NCBI GenBank assembly: GCA_963787255.1
Contig: CAWBCJ010000010.1
Coordinates: 96,001 to 160,000 of the forward strand
DNA from: Methanobacteriota archaeon
GTDB taxonomy: Archaea > Methanobacteriota > Methanobacteria > Methanobacteriales > Methanobacteriaceae
Length of the DNA stretch: 64,000 bases
Direction of reading: 5' to 3'
Shown: positions 1 through 10,005 of the stretch, piece by piece
How positions within the stretch are numbered: the stretch's first letter is position 1
Layout of the letters: each line of letters starts with the position of its first letter
The notes under the pieces: generated by a model
What the model was told of the DNA's origin: nothing
What the model saw: only the letters and a program-made list of their open reading frames with translations
The model's database searches: none
Program-made: the position numbers and the translations under genes

Positions 1-1353
1 AGCGAGATAGAATCAAAAACAGGAATTCCTACATATAAAGGTTCAACAAATGCGGCAGACCTAAATATAGTACTGGATATGGCCGAAGAATTAGAACTTT
101 CACCAAAAAAACCTGCTGACAAGCTGATTGAAGAAGAACTCCAAAAAAGAGCACTCCAATTTATTGAAAATTTTGAAAATGACAGAAAAAATACTAAAAA
201 GCTTCTAAAAAAGTCTGAAAATATTATTATAGGTAATTTGCCTGTTGGCGAAGATTTTCCAATGAGGGTGCTTGCTGAAATTGCCAACGCACCATTACTT
301 AATAAGGACGAGTTAATTAAGCGCGCTAAGTATTTTGTAGAAAACGGCGCGCAGATGATAGATATTGGAATGATTGCAGGGGAAACAAGGGCAAATGAAA
401 TACCAAAAATGGTTAAAACATTAAAAGAAAACTTAAACGGCATACCTGTGAGTATAGATACACTAAATCCTGTTGAAATTAAGGCGGCGGTTGAAGCTGG
501 CGTTGACATGGTTTTAAGTCTTGATCTTGGAAACTGTGAGGAAGTTTTACCTTTAATGAAAGAAAAAAAGATTCCTGCAGTTATTCTTCCAACTAATTTC
601 AGCAAAAACTGGACACCTACAACTGTTGAAGAGCGTGTGAATGCTCTTGAAGAGTTAATGGAAAAATGCAGCGGAATTGATGTGATTGCTGACTTAATTC
701 TTGATCCCATTAACAGCCAAAGCATGGTTGAATCAATAATTGCTTGTCACGAGTTTAAAAAGCGTAACAAAGTCCCTCTGTTTTTTGGAGTTGGAAATGT
801 CACAGAGCTTCTCGATACAGATTCAGTTGGAGTGAATGCATTACTTTCAGGGATTGCAATGGAACTTGGTGCAAGCATACTATTTACACCTGAAGAAAGT
901 GGTAAAACAATTGGAAGCGTTCATGAACTTGCAGTTTCATCTAAAATGATGTTTTTAGCTAAAAATAGGGGTTCTATACCAAAAGACCTTGGAATAAATT
1001 TGATAGTCTTAAAAGATAAACGCAAAGGAGAATCCATAACTGAAGAAATCGATGTACCCGTTTTAGAAGGTGCAGAAGACTATAAATTCACACAAGATCC
1101 TCATGGAAGCTTTAAAATAATGGCCGATAACGGATTTATTAAAGCTATTCACTATGTAAAAATGAAACCTGACTTGATTATTAGAGGAGAAACTGCAAAA
1201 AGTATTTACGACGAGATAATTAAGAATGGTCTTGTTTCGAGGCTTGAACATGCTACGTATCTTGGTGCGGAACTGCAGAAGGCAGAAATAGCAGCAGAAC
1301 TTAATAAAAGTTATATTCAGGATTTTCCATTATTTAAAAAGCAGAAGTATTAA
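1..1353 (+). CDS. Dihydropteroate synthase-like protein (methanogen DHPS-related family, C-terminal DUF4346-like domain); 5'-truncated by window edge
   Basis: Frame is open from base 1 ([15 protein letters not shown]...). Pterin-binding barrel motifs GAQMIDIG and PVSIDTLNP; C-terminal [15 protein letters not shown]. Confidence 0.85.
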   Translation, partial: SEIESKTGIPTYKGSTNAADLNIVLDMAEELELSPKKPADKLIEEELQKRALQFIENFENDRKNTKKLLKKSENIIIGNLPVGEDFPMRVLAEIANAPLLNKDELIKRAKYFVENGAQMIDIGMIAGETRANEIPKMVKTLKENLNGIPVSIDTLNPVEIKAAVEAGVDMVLSLDLGNCEEVLPLMKEKKIPAVILPTNFSKNWTPTTVEERVNALEELMEKCSGIDVIADLILDPINSQSMVESIIACHEFKKRNKVPLFFGVGNVTELLDTDSVGVNALLSGIAMELGASILFTPEESGKTIGSVHELAVSSKMMFLAKNRGSIPKDLGINLIVLKDKRKGESITEEIDVPVLEGAEDYKFTQDPHGSFKIMADNGFIKAIHYVKMKPDLIIRGETAKSIYDEIIKNGLVSRLEHATYLGAELQKAEIAAELNKSYIQDFPLFKKQKY

Positions 1354-1494
1354 ATTAGTATTTTTCACTACCTAAGGCTTTTTATAAATATAAGAAACTT
1401 TTAATCAATGATATTCTTAAATAAAAATGATATTGAAAAATTTAATTTTAATTAATGTAAATAGTATTTATTCAATTTTAGTTGGAGCATTAAA

Positions 1495-2418
1495 ATGAAA
1501 ATATGCACAAAATGTGGTGCTACACCAATAATAATAAAAAGAAAAGCTTCAGGTCAGATGCTCTGTAAAGAATGCTTCATTGAATCAATTACGGATAAAG
1601 TTTTGAAGGGCATTCGCAAAAATAAACTTATTGAAAAAGGAGATAAAGTTGCTGTTGCATTATCTGGCGGGAAAGATAGTGTAATGGTTCTTGATATCCT
1701 TAATTCACTTTACAAGCGAAATATAATTGATTTAGTTGCAATAACCATAGATGAAGGAATAGAAGGATACAGAAAGCATGGAGTTGAAATTGCAGCGAAA
1801 AATGCTGAAAGATTAGGTATAGACCATAGAATTGCATCAATTAATGATTATTTCGGGAAAACGCTTGATGAAATCATGCTTGATGAGAAACGAGAACATG
1901 GAGCATGTACATATTGTGGAGTTTTTAGAAGATGGATCATAAATAAAATTGCAAGGGAAGAAGGAGCTACAAAGATTGCAACAGGCCATAATCTCGATGA
2001 TGAAACCCAGGCAATAGTTATGAATTATCTTGAAGGAAATATAGATAATCTTACACGAATTGGGGTGAAATCAGTGCCAAAAAGCGACAAATTCACCGTG
2101 AAAATAAAACCTCTCCGCGAGATTCCTGAAAAGGAAATAGGGCTCTACGTGATTGCTCGGGAGCTTGACGTTCATTTTGATGAATGTCCTTACTCAAGGG
2201 AGTCTTTTAGGGGTGAAGTGGGGCGTTTCATAAAAGAATTGTCAGTCAATCACCCTACAATGATGTATTCAACTCTCAAGGGCTTTGATAAAATCCAGCC
2301 AGCCATTAAAAAAGAATTTGCTGGGAAAAAAGAAAATATGGGTGAATGTATTAATTGCGGCGAGCCAGCTTCTCACGAACTTTGCAGGGCTTGCTTATTT
2401 TCTAAAAAACTAAAATAG
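1495..2418 (+). CDS. ncsA: tRNA 2-thiolation protein NcsA/TtuA (TIGR00269-type PP-loop ATPase)
   Basis: SGGKDS PP-loop, [17 protein letters not shown]- and C-terminal Zn fingers; next to a ThiS-like carrier. Confidence 0.88.
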   Translation: MKICTKCGATPIIIKRKASGQMLCKECFIESITDKVLKGIRKNKLIEKGDKVAVALSGGKDSVMVLDILNSLYKRNIIDLVAITIDEGIEGYRKHGVEIAAKNAERLGIDHRIASINDYFGKTLDEIMLDEKREHGACTYCGVFRRWIINKIAREEGATKIATGHNLDDETQAIVMNYLEGNIDNLTRIGVKSVPKSDKFTVKIKPLREIPEKEIGLYVIARELDVHFDECPYSRESFRGEVGRFIKELSVNHPTMMYSTLKGFDKIQPAIKKEFAGKKENMGECINCGEPASHELCRACLFSKKLK

Positions 2419-2426
2419 TGATTATA

Positions 2427-2627
2427 ATGGAAGTTACAGTCATACACAATAAAACTAAACATAAAAAAGAGATTCAGGAGAATACCAGCGTTAAAGAATT
2501 ACTAGATTCAATGGATATATCCTCAGAAACTGTTGTGGTTAAGCGCAACAACGAAATCGTTATGGATGAAGAGAATCTTCATGACGAAGACATAATTGAA
2601 GTTATCCGAGTTATATACGGCGGTTGA
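2427..2627 (+). CDS. MoaD/ThiS-family ubiquitin-like sulfur carrier (SAMP2/TtuB-like)
   Basis: 66 aa from ATG 2427, ends VIYGG; directly follows ncsA. Confidence 0.9.
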   Translation: MEVTVIHNKTKHKKEIQENTSVKELLDSMDISSETVVVKRNNEIVMDEENLHDEDIIEVIRVIYGG

Positions 2628-2707
2628 AAAATTTCTATTTAGAATAAGATCTTAAAAACCAGATAAAACTTGAATATTTTATTTTTAAACATTCCGGATG
2701 TGGATAT

Positions 2708-3727
2708 GTGGAAATAACCAGCATAATCGAGAACAAGGTAGCAAGCTATTTTTCAATAAAAAAAGCCCATATTGAAAAAAAAGAGTTTTATTTTATAGTT
2801 TATGATTACAGTAAAGATAGATTTATTCAGCTAGTTAAAGATCTAGATGAAATAGGGTATTTGCCATTTATTGATGAATATGAAGGTGAATATAAAATAA
2901 GAATTGCTAATAAGCCAAAACACGGTGAATCAAGGATACATATCAATGTTATCTTATTTTTAATAACCGTTATATCTACAGTTTTTGCGGGTTATTTATT
3001 CGGAGGGGGAAAGTTAATTGATGGAATAGCATTTGCAATTGCGCTTTTAGCCATAGTAGGTTCTCATGAAACTGCACATTATTTTGCAGCAAGAAAACAT
3101 GGTGTAAATGCCACTTTGCCCTATTTTATACCTGCTCCAACTTTAGTTGGTACATTCGGGGCTGTTATAAACGTAAAATCTGCAATACCAAATAAAAATG
3201 CGCTTTTTGACCTTGGAGTCAGTGGGCCAATCGCAGGTATTATTGTAACTATTCCTGTACTTATAATCGGCGTTTTATTATCTACTGTTGCCCCCATGCA
3301 GAACGCAGCAATCCAATTTTTCCCATCAATTTTAATGTATATTCCAATGACCATTGTGTTTCCATCCGTACCTGAAGGCTATGGCGTAATGCTGCATCCT
3401 GTTGCATTTGCCGCTTGGGTTGGAATAATTGTTACTATGCTTAATTTAATGCCAGTAGCGGTTTTAGACGGAGGACACGTCTCAAGATCTCTTTTTAATG
3501 ATAAAGTTCACCGTTATGTGTCCTTTGCAGGTATAATTGTAACAGTGCTTCTGGGCTGGTACTTAATGGCGGTTTTAATGGCAGTATTCGTCCTGTTCGT
3601 TTCAAGGAGACACCCTGGAGCGCTGGACAACGTTTCAAAAATTAGTAAAAAAAGGAAAATTGTAGCGATACTGGTGGTTATTATTTTTATACTCTGTTTA
3701 TCCCCTATGCCGTCTATCACAGTTTAA
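2708..3727 (+). CDS. Site-2 protease family (M50) membrane metalloprotease
   Basis: HETAH zinc motif, NLMPVAVLDGGH, multiple TM helices. Confidence 0.9.
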   Translation: MEITSIIENKVASYFSIKKAHIEKKEFYFIVYDYSKDRFIQLVKDLDEIGYLPFIDEYEGEYKIRIANKPKHGESRIHINVILFLITVISTVFAGYLFGGGKLIDGIAFAIALLAIVGSHETAHYFAARKHGVNATLPYFIPAPTLVGTFGAVINVKSAIPNKNALFDLGVSGPIAGIIVTIPVLIIGVLLSTVAPMQNAAIQFFPSILMYIPMTIVFPSVPEGYGVMLHPVAFAAWVGIIVTMLNLMPVAVLDGGHVSRSLFNDKVHRYVSFAGIIVTVLLGWYLMAVLMAVFVLFVSRRHPGALDNVSKISKKRKIVAILVVIIFILCLSPMPSITV

Positions 3728-3759
3728 TGAAAAATACTATTTAAAAAGAGATGATTATA

Positions 3760-4620
3760 ATGAAAGTTTATTATGAATGTGCTCCGTGTTTTTTAAGGCA
3801 GGCCAAAGAAGCACTTGATCTTGCAACCGATGAGGAATCAGTTAAAATGGAAGTAATGGAAGAACTTGTAAAGATAATTTTCAATGAATTCAATCCTAAA
3901 GCTGTATCAAATGAAGTTGGAACGAAAATACACAGGACCATAAAGGATAAAACAGGGAATGAAGACCCATATATTTTAGAAAAACGGAAAGGAAATGAAA
4001 TAGCTTTTAAATTTCTCCCGAAAATTAAGGAAATTATAAAGACCAATGATAAACTTGAAACATATGTAAAAACAGCAATTGTAGGTAATATAATCGATTT
4101 TGGAGCGCTCGGAGTTGATTTTGATATTGAAAATGGAATTATTGAAAATATGGAAAAAGAAATTGCATTAAATCAAGTGTCAGAGCTTGAAAATGAGCTT
4201 AAATCCTCAAAAAACGTGCTATATTTAGCAGATAACAACGGTGAAATTGTTTTTGATAAATTGCTCATAGAAAAGATTAAGGAGTATAATGTAGAGGTTA
4301 CAGTTGCCTTAAAAGAAAAACCCATACTCAATGATGCATGTGTTGAAGATGCTGTTCAAATTGGGCTTGATGAAATTGCAAAGCTTGTATCGACAGGTAC
4401 TGATTCAATTGGAATAATTTACGGGGATATATCTGAAGAATTTAAGGAAATCTTTAAAAATGCAGACATGGTTATATCAAAGGGTCTTGGAAACTATGAG
4501 GGCTTGACTTCAATGGAATTAGGGGAAAAACCGGTATTTTGTCTCCTTAATGTTAAATGCACCCCAATTGCAAAAGATATAGGCGTAAATCTTGGTGATA
4601 ATGTTGTTTTAAAACTTTAA
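3760..4620 (+). CDS. DUF89/ARMT1-like damage-control phosphatase
   Basis: ECAPC, GNIIDFG, YLADNNGEIVFD, SKGLGNYE motifs. Confidence 0.88.
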   Translation: MKVYYECAPCFLRQAKEALDLATDEESVKMEVMEELVKIIFNEFNPKAVSNEVGTKIHRTIKDKTGNEDPYILEKRKGNEIAFKFLPKIKEIIKTNDKLETYVKTAIVGNIIDFGALGVDFDIENGIIENMEKEIALNQVSELENELKSSKNVLYLADNNGEIVFDKLLIEKIKEYNVEVTVALKEKPILNDACVEDAVQIGLDEIAKLVSTGTDSIGIIYGDISEEFKEIFKNADMVISKGLGNYEGLTSMELGEKPVFCLLNVKCTPIAKDIGVNLGDNVVLKL

Positions 4621-4671
4621 TTTTCATTAATTTAACGTAGAAATATATAATATAATAATGAATATAGAGTC

Positions 4672-5097
4672 ATGCAAAAATCAGTGATCATAATTGGAAT
4701 CATTATTGTGGTGGCAATAGCTGCTTATGCAATTTTAGGCTCCGGAAGTCAGGAAAATGTTGAACCACAAAATTCTGGATTAAACTGGCACACTGATTTA
4801 AATTCAGCGCTTGAAGAAGCTAAAAAAACTAATAAGCCAATTTTTATAGATTTTTATGCTCAATGGTGCTCTTATTGCAAGAAGCTCGATGAAAACACAT
4901 TTTCAGACCTGCAAGTTCAGGAAAAATTAAAATCAAAGTATGTTCTTGCAAAAATTGACATAGATGAATATCATAATATTGCATCTGACTATAAAGTGTA
5001 TGGTGTTCCAACTATGGTGTTCTTAAATCCAAACGGTACTGAAATTAAAAGAAATGAAGGCTATATTGGTCCTAGTGAGCTATTAAATCAACTCTAA
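4672..5097 (+). CDS. Membrane-anchored thioredoxin-fold protein
   Basis: N-terminal TM segment, WCSYC motif, cis-Pro GVPT. Confidence 0.88.
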   Translation: MQKSVIIIGIIIVVAIAAYAILGSGSQENVEPQNSGLNWHTDLNSALEEAKKTNKPIFIDFYAQWCSYCKKLDENTFSDLQVQEKLKSKYVLAKIDIDEYHNIASDYKVYGVPTMVFLNPNGTEIKRNEGYIGPSELLNQL

Positions 5098-5115
5098 TAC
5101 TTTCAGGAGATAAAA

Positions 5116-5727
5116 ATGGATATAGGTCCTTTAATTTCATTTTTTGCTGGCGCAGCATCTGTTTTATCTCCTTGTGTAATACCTTTAATCCCTATTGTAG
5201 TTGGATACGCTCTTTTAGAGAAAAAAATATTCCAGATAATATCCTTTGTAATTGGATTTTTTTTAGTTTTTACAATAATAATCATTCTCACAGCGCTATT
5301 TACGGCTGCAATAAACTTTTATCTTTACTATTTTAGAATCGCAGCGGCAATAATTATAATATTAATAGGAATTTACTTTATTTTAAATAAAAAAGCCTTT
5401 AGTTTTTCATATAAACCAGTAGAACATGGAAATAAGAATGTTCAATCGTTTTTAATGGGCTTTTTAACTTCCCTTGCGTGGTCTCCCTGTTATGGTTCAT
5501 ATTTAATCGCAATCATTGCCTATAGTGTATCTTCAGGTAATGCAGTATACAGTATGCTGAACTTAATATTATTTGCAGCAGGATTTTCATTTACAATATT
5601 TATAATAGCATTGATAATATCTAAAATTAATTTAAACAGGTTAATCGAATATTCAAATTACATAAGAATTATTTCAGGGGTAATAATACTGGCTGCAGGC
5701 GTATATATGCTTTCATTGTTGGTATAA
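5116..5727 (+). CDS. ccdA: CcdA/DsbD-type transmembrane electron transporter
   Basis: LSPCVIPLIP and WSPC motifs, about 6 TM helices; adjacent to the thioredoxin. Confidence 0.85.
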   Translation: MDIGPLISFFAGAASVLSPCVIPLIPIVVGYALLEKKIFQIISFVIGFFLVFTIIIILTALFTAAINFYLYYFRIAAAIIIILIGIYFILNKKAFSFSYKPVEHGNKNVQSFLMGFLTSLAWSPCYGSYLIAIIAYSVSSGNAVYSMLNLILFAAGFSFTIFIIALIISKINLNRLIEYSNYIRIISGVIILAAGVYMLSLLV

Positions 5728-5748
5728 ACCATATGTTATGGTGATTTT

Positions 5749-6603
5749 ATGAAAATAGGATTTATAGGGTTTGGAGAAGTTGCATCAACATTATCCGAAG
5801 GACTTTTAAAGAATGGAATTGAAGTAAGCACATGTATTATGGGTAGAAGTTCCAAAACACAAAAACTTGCCATGGAAACAGGTTTAAACTTGTGCAGGTC
5901 CAACAGGGAACTTGCAGAAACTTCTGACATCATAATTTCAGCTGTAACTCCTGCTGCCGCAATTAAAACAGCTCAAGATGTAGGAAAATACGTTGAAGGT
6001 GTTTATGTTGACATTAACAATATTTCACCAGTTACTGCTAAAAAGACACTTTCATTCATTAAAAATGGAAGAATAGTAGATGCTTCAATAATTGGAAGCG
6101 TTAGAATGGGTTTAAAAGTTCAGATTATAGCTTCTGGAAGATTCGCTAATGAATTTGCAAAATTAAATAATTATGGAATGAATATTACTATAATTGGTAG
6201 TGAAATTGGTCAAGCGTCAGCGGTAAAGATGTTTAGAAGTTCATTTACCAAGGGAATTTCAGCACTGCTTTTTGAAACTCTTTACCCCGCTTACGAAATG
6301 GGAATTGATAATGAAGTGCTAAAATATATTTCAGAGACTGAATGCGAAGGTTTTAAGGATACTGCAGTATCACGGATAATTAGCACCGCATTCCACGCAA
6401 AAAGACGTAGCGAAGAGATGGATGAAGTTATAAAAACTCTTTCTGAAAGCGAAGATCCAAAAATGAGTAAAGTTGTACAGGAATTTTTTGAAAAACTTTA
6501 CCATGATTTAGGTAATCTTGATAAGAGGCCTGAAAGTTATGCTGAAATATTTGAGTTAATTAAAGAAAAAAGAGTTAAAAAAGAATTCATGGATTATCAA
6601 TAA
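5749..6603 (+). CDS. NAD(P)-dependent oxidoreductase (6-phosphogluconate/3-hydroxyisobutyrate dehydrogenase-like, DUF1932-type C-terminus)
   Basis: GFIGFGEVA Rossmann motif, ASAVKMFRSSFTKG, HAKRRSEEM. Confidence 0.8.
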   Translation: MKIGFIGFGEVASTLSEGLLKNGIEVSTCIMGRSSKTQKLAMETGLNLCRSNRELAETSDIIISAVTPAAAIKTAQDVGKYVEGVYVDINNISPVTAKKTLSFIKNGRIVDASIIGSVRMGLKVQIIASGRFANEFAKLNNYGMNITIIGSEIGQASAVKMFRSSFTKGISALLFETLYPAYEMGIDNEVLKYISETECEGFKDTAVSRIISTAFHAKRRSEEMDEVIKTLSESEDPKMSKVVQEFFEKLYHDLGNLDKRPESYAEIFELIKEKRVKKEFMDYQ

Positions 6604-6763
6604 CTATTAATTCTTTCACTGGAGTTCCATCGCTCCATTTGATGAATAATCTGAGCTTCCAGGTCCCATAAGTGATTGTTGGGGTGTATATGGGCTACCT
6701 CCGATAATATATATTGAATATAAAATTAAAAAAATTGAATTACGGGAATAAAATAATAAAGCT

Positions 6764-8746
6764 TTATTCATCTAATTCTCTTAATTCATATTCCAGGTTT
6801 TGAGATGAATCTTGAATTTCTCCAGTAAAGGGGATGGTGAAAAAGAATTTTGAACCTATTTCTGGTTCAGATTCAACCCACATACGTCCGCCGTGACGTT
6901 CAACTATTTTTTTACTAACTGAAAGGCCGATTCCTATTCCTTTGAACCCATTTTCAGGGTGCAGTCTTTTGAATATGTCAAAAACCTTTTCTAAGTCCTT
7001 TTCTTCAATACCAATGCCGTTATCCTGCACTGAAAATATGTATTCTTTATTTTCTTCATCTAAATACGATGAAACATGAATTCGGGGATTTTTTTCGGGA
7101 TTTCTAAATTTAACTGCATTTTTCAAGAGATTCTGGAATAACTGCAGTATCTGATTGGAATCTGCTATTATTTTAGGGAGATCATCATGTGTAATTTTAG
7201 CTCTATTTCCCTCAAGAGAGGCATTAAGATTGGACATGGCATAATCAAGAATTTCTCCAGTTTCTGTTAATTTAAATTCTTTACCACGTGATTCTACCCT
7301 TGAATACTCTAAAAGACCTATGATTTTATTATTTAAACGTTCAACAGCTTCTAAAGCATAATCTATGAATTCATCAGCATCTTTATCTAGTTTACCTCGG
7401 TAGCGTTTAGCTAAAATATTATTAAAACTTTTAACAGTCCTTAAAGGCTCCTGTAATTCGTTAGCAGCAGTTTCTGCAAATTTTTCCAGTTCTTCATTTG
7501 CTTTTATTAACTCATCTAACTGTTTAAGCAGTTCCTCATCATTCACACCGTTTTCTAACTCTAATTTCAGATTCCCGTTTCTTTTTGTAAGTTCATTGAT
7601 TAGTTGCTGCTTTTCATTGATATCTTCATTTAATTCCTGAATTTCTTGCATTTCTGCGGAAATAATCTCAGAGGAATTTTCTTTCAGCATTTTTAATTCT
7701 AATATTTCCTGATTTAAATTTTTAATATCTAATTCTTTAACTGAAATTAATTCTTTAGAATCCTTTAATGCATATTTCAGAGCATCAATATCTTTATTTA
7801 TTTCTTCAATTTCAAAATCTTTAGTTGTAATGAGTTGGGAAGATTTTGCATTAATTTTTTCTAATTCTATAATCTCTTGATTTAATTTTTCAATTTCTAA
7901 TTCCCTTTTTGAAATTGTTTCTTCTTTTTCGCCAGCATCATTTTCTAATTCAGTAATACGATGATTTAAAGTGTTTATTTCAGATAATTTACCTGAAAGA
8001 ACATCTTCCGAATCACTTCGGGACTTTTTTAATTCTACTATTTGCTGATATAGCTCTTCTATTTCTGGATTTTTGACTGCAATTACTTTTTTGAAACCTT
8101 CGTTGGCCTTCTTAAGTTCGTCAATTTGCTTATCAAAAGATTCAATCTGGAAATCTTCATCAAAGCTTTCTTGATCTTCTATTTCTTCTTTTAGAATTTT
8201 ATTGGCATTTTCCACTTCTTTAAGCTTTTCATTCAATTCAATTAATTCATTTTCCATACTTTTTTCAGATTCAACATGAATTTCTTCTTTTTCACTTAGA
8301 AGTTCGGCCGCGCGTTTTTCAACAATTTCATCAATGAATTCACGTTGTTCCTTTTGAATTTGCTCTTCACTGCGTTTATATTCTGTAACGTCTGTTAAAC
8401 TTAAAATTATTGCACTCACTTCGTTGTTTTTGGTTTTTACTGGCTGTATGGCCCAGTCCCAGTAGCTGATACCTAGAACTGGATGATCAAGAGGTTTAGA
8501 ATATGCAAAATATGGTTCACCTGTTTCTATCACATTTCTAAAAATTGATTCATTTCCCTTGGGATATAATTCAAAGTGGTTTTTTCCAACAAAAAAATCA
8601 GGATCTTTATTATGTTTTTCTGCGTAAGCCCTGTTAACATGAATAAAATTAAAATTGTTGTCCATGTATGCTATTAAAAAATGTGTATTGTCAAAAATGG
8701 TTTCAAGCATCTTTCCATTCTTTACCTTATCATTTATTGGGTTCAT
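6764..8746 (-). CDS. PAS + long coiled-coil + HATPase sensor histidine kinase-like protein; H-box His replaced by Asn
   Basis: N-terminal PAS, six 28-aa repeats, H-box AANELQEPLR, intact N/G1/F/G2 boxes. Confidence 0.85.
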   Translation of the reverse strand: MNPINDKVKNGKMLETIFDNTHFLIAYMDNNFNFIHVNRAYAEKHNKDPDFFVGKNHFELYPKGNESIFRNVIETGEPYFAYSKPLDHPVLGISYWDWAIQPVKTKNNEVSAIILSLTDVTEYKRSEEQIQKEQREFIDEIVEKRAAELLSEKEEIHVESEKSMENELIELNEKLKEVENANKILKEEIEDQESFDEDFQIESFDKQIDELKKANEGFKKVIAVKNPEIEELYQQIVELKKSRSDSEDVLSGKLSEINTLNHRITELENDAGEKEETISKRELEIEKLNQEIIELEKINAKSSQLITTKDFEIEEINKDIDALKYALKDSKELISVKELDIKNLNQEILELKMLKENSSEIISAEMQEIQELNEDINEKQQLINELTKRNGNLKLELENGVNDEELLKQLDELIKANEELEKFAETAANELQEPLRTVKSFNNILAKRYRGKLDKDADEFIDYALEAVERLNNKIIGLLEYSRVESRGKEFKLTETGEILDYAMSNLNASLEGNRAKITHDDLPKIIADSNQILQLFQNLLKNAVKFRNPEKNPRIHVSSYLDEENKEYIFSVQDNGIGIEEKDLEKVFDIFKRLHPENGFKGIGIGLSVSKKIVERHGGRMWVESEPEIGSKFFFTIPFTGEIQDSSQNLEYELRELDE

Positions 8747-8981
8747 GGTTCCTCCATGCTTAATTAAAGCAAAATGATAATATTCAATCTAAATAATGAA
8801 TTAACTTTATATTATATATAATTTATTTTATTTATCCAAATTTCATAATTTTTCCTTTCAAGCCCTTAATTAGAAAAATTTTATTAATTTGTTTCATTAT
8901 AAATAATAAATAAGTGGTATATTATATGAATTTAAATTTGTCAAAATTATTGGTATTTAATTTATTTTTCGGGTTGTGTAT

Positions 8982-9173
8982 ATGGCTATAGAAGAGCGCA
9001 TAAAGGAATGTCAACAAGCAATTGAGAAGCTTGAGAATAAGAAAATACTTGATATTAAATTTAAACCATATAATCGCAATTGCTGGAGGCTTTATTTAAC
9101 CACTGATAAAGGAAAACTTGTCATGACATTCTGTAAAGACTGGGATTGTCCAGCTATTGAATATAGGCACTAA
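8982..9173 (+). CDS. Small hypothetical protein
   Basis: ORF with normal composition ending 8 nt before otsB. Confidence 0.6.
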   Translation: MAIEERIKECQQAIEKLENKKILDIKFKPYNRNCWRLYLTTDKGKLVMTFCKDWDCPAIEYRH

Positions 9174-9181
9174 TTTTATTA

Positions 9182-10003
9182 TTGGAGGATTTTAAGTTGG
9201 ATAATTTGAAATATCTTTTTGATCATCTCTATGAGCTAAGAAAATTTAAAAATGATACAAAAACAGCAATAATCACGGATATTGACGGAACAATTAGTGA
9301 AATTGTACCAACGCCCATGGAAGCAGTAGTAAAACCTGAAATAAAGGATATAATTGAAAAAATTGCGAATAAATTTGAATTTACTGGTGTAATGACTGGT
9401 AGAAGTATAAAAAATGCCATGGATATGATGGAATCTAAAAAACTCATTTATATTGGAAACCATGGCTTAGAACAGTTTAAAGATGGAAAAATACGCATAG
9501 AACCCGAAGTTGAAAAGTATATTCCATTAATTAAAAAACTTGCAAAAAGTATCCAAAAACAATTGGTTGATTATGAATGTATTTTATTCCAGGATAAAGA
9601 ATTAAGCTTTACAGTTCATTATAGGTTATGTGATGATGGAGAAGAAATCAGAAAAATGGCTTTAGATGCTATTACAAGCATAAAAGAGTCCAGAGGTCTT
9701 AAAATTGCAGAAGGCCGTAAAGTCATTGAAATAAGGCCGCCTGTGGGGCATGATAAGGGAACAATACTCCAAAAATTTATTTTTGATAATAATATTAAGA
9801 AAATAATATATTTAGGCGATGATATAACAGATGTAGACGCGTTTAACAAATTAAATAAGCTAAAAAATGAAGGAATAGTTGAGACATTTAGTATAGTTGT
9901 TAATTCAAAGGAAACTCCAGATTATGTGAAAGAAAGCGCTGATTTTTATGTAAATAGTGTTGATGAAGTTCAGAATTTTTTTAAATGGCTTTTTGAGGAT
10001 TAA
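9182..10003 (+). CDS. otsB: Trehalose-6-phosphate phosphatase (HAD IIB)
   Basis: DIDGTI, GNHGLE, TVHYR, GRKVIEIRP, DKG, YLGDDITDVDAF. Confidence 0.9.
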   Translation: MEDFKLDNLKYLFDHLYELRKFKNDTKTAIITDIDGTISEIVPTPMEAVVKPEIKDIIEKIANKFEFTGVMTGRSIKNAMDMMESKKLIYIGNHGLEQFKDGKIRIEPEVEKYIPLIKKLAKSIQKQLVDYECILFQDKELSFTVHYRLCDDGEEIRKMALDAITSIKESRGLKIAEGRKVIEIRPPVGHDKGTILQKFIFDNNIKKIIYLGDDITDVDAFNKLNKLKNEGIVETFSIVVNSKETPDYVKESADFYVNSVDEVQNFFKWLFED

Positions 10004-10005
10004 TT

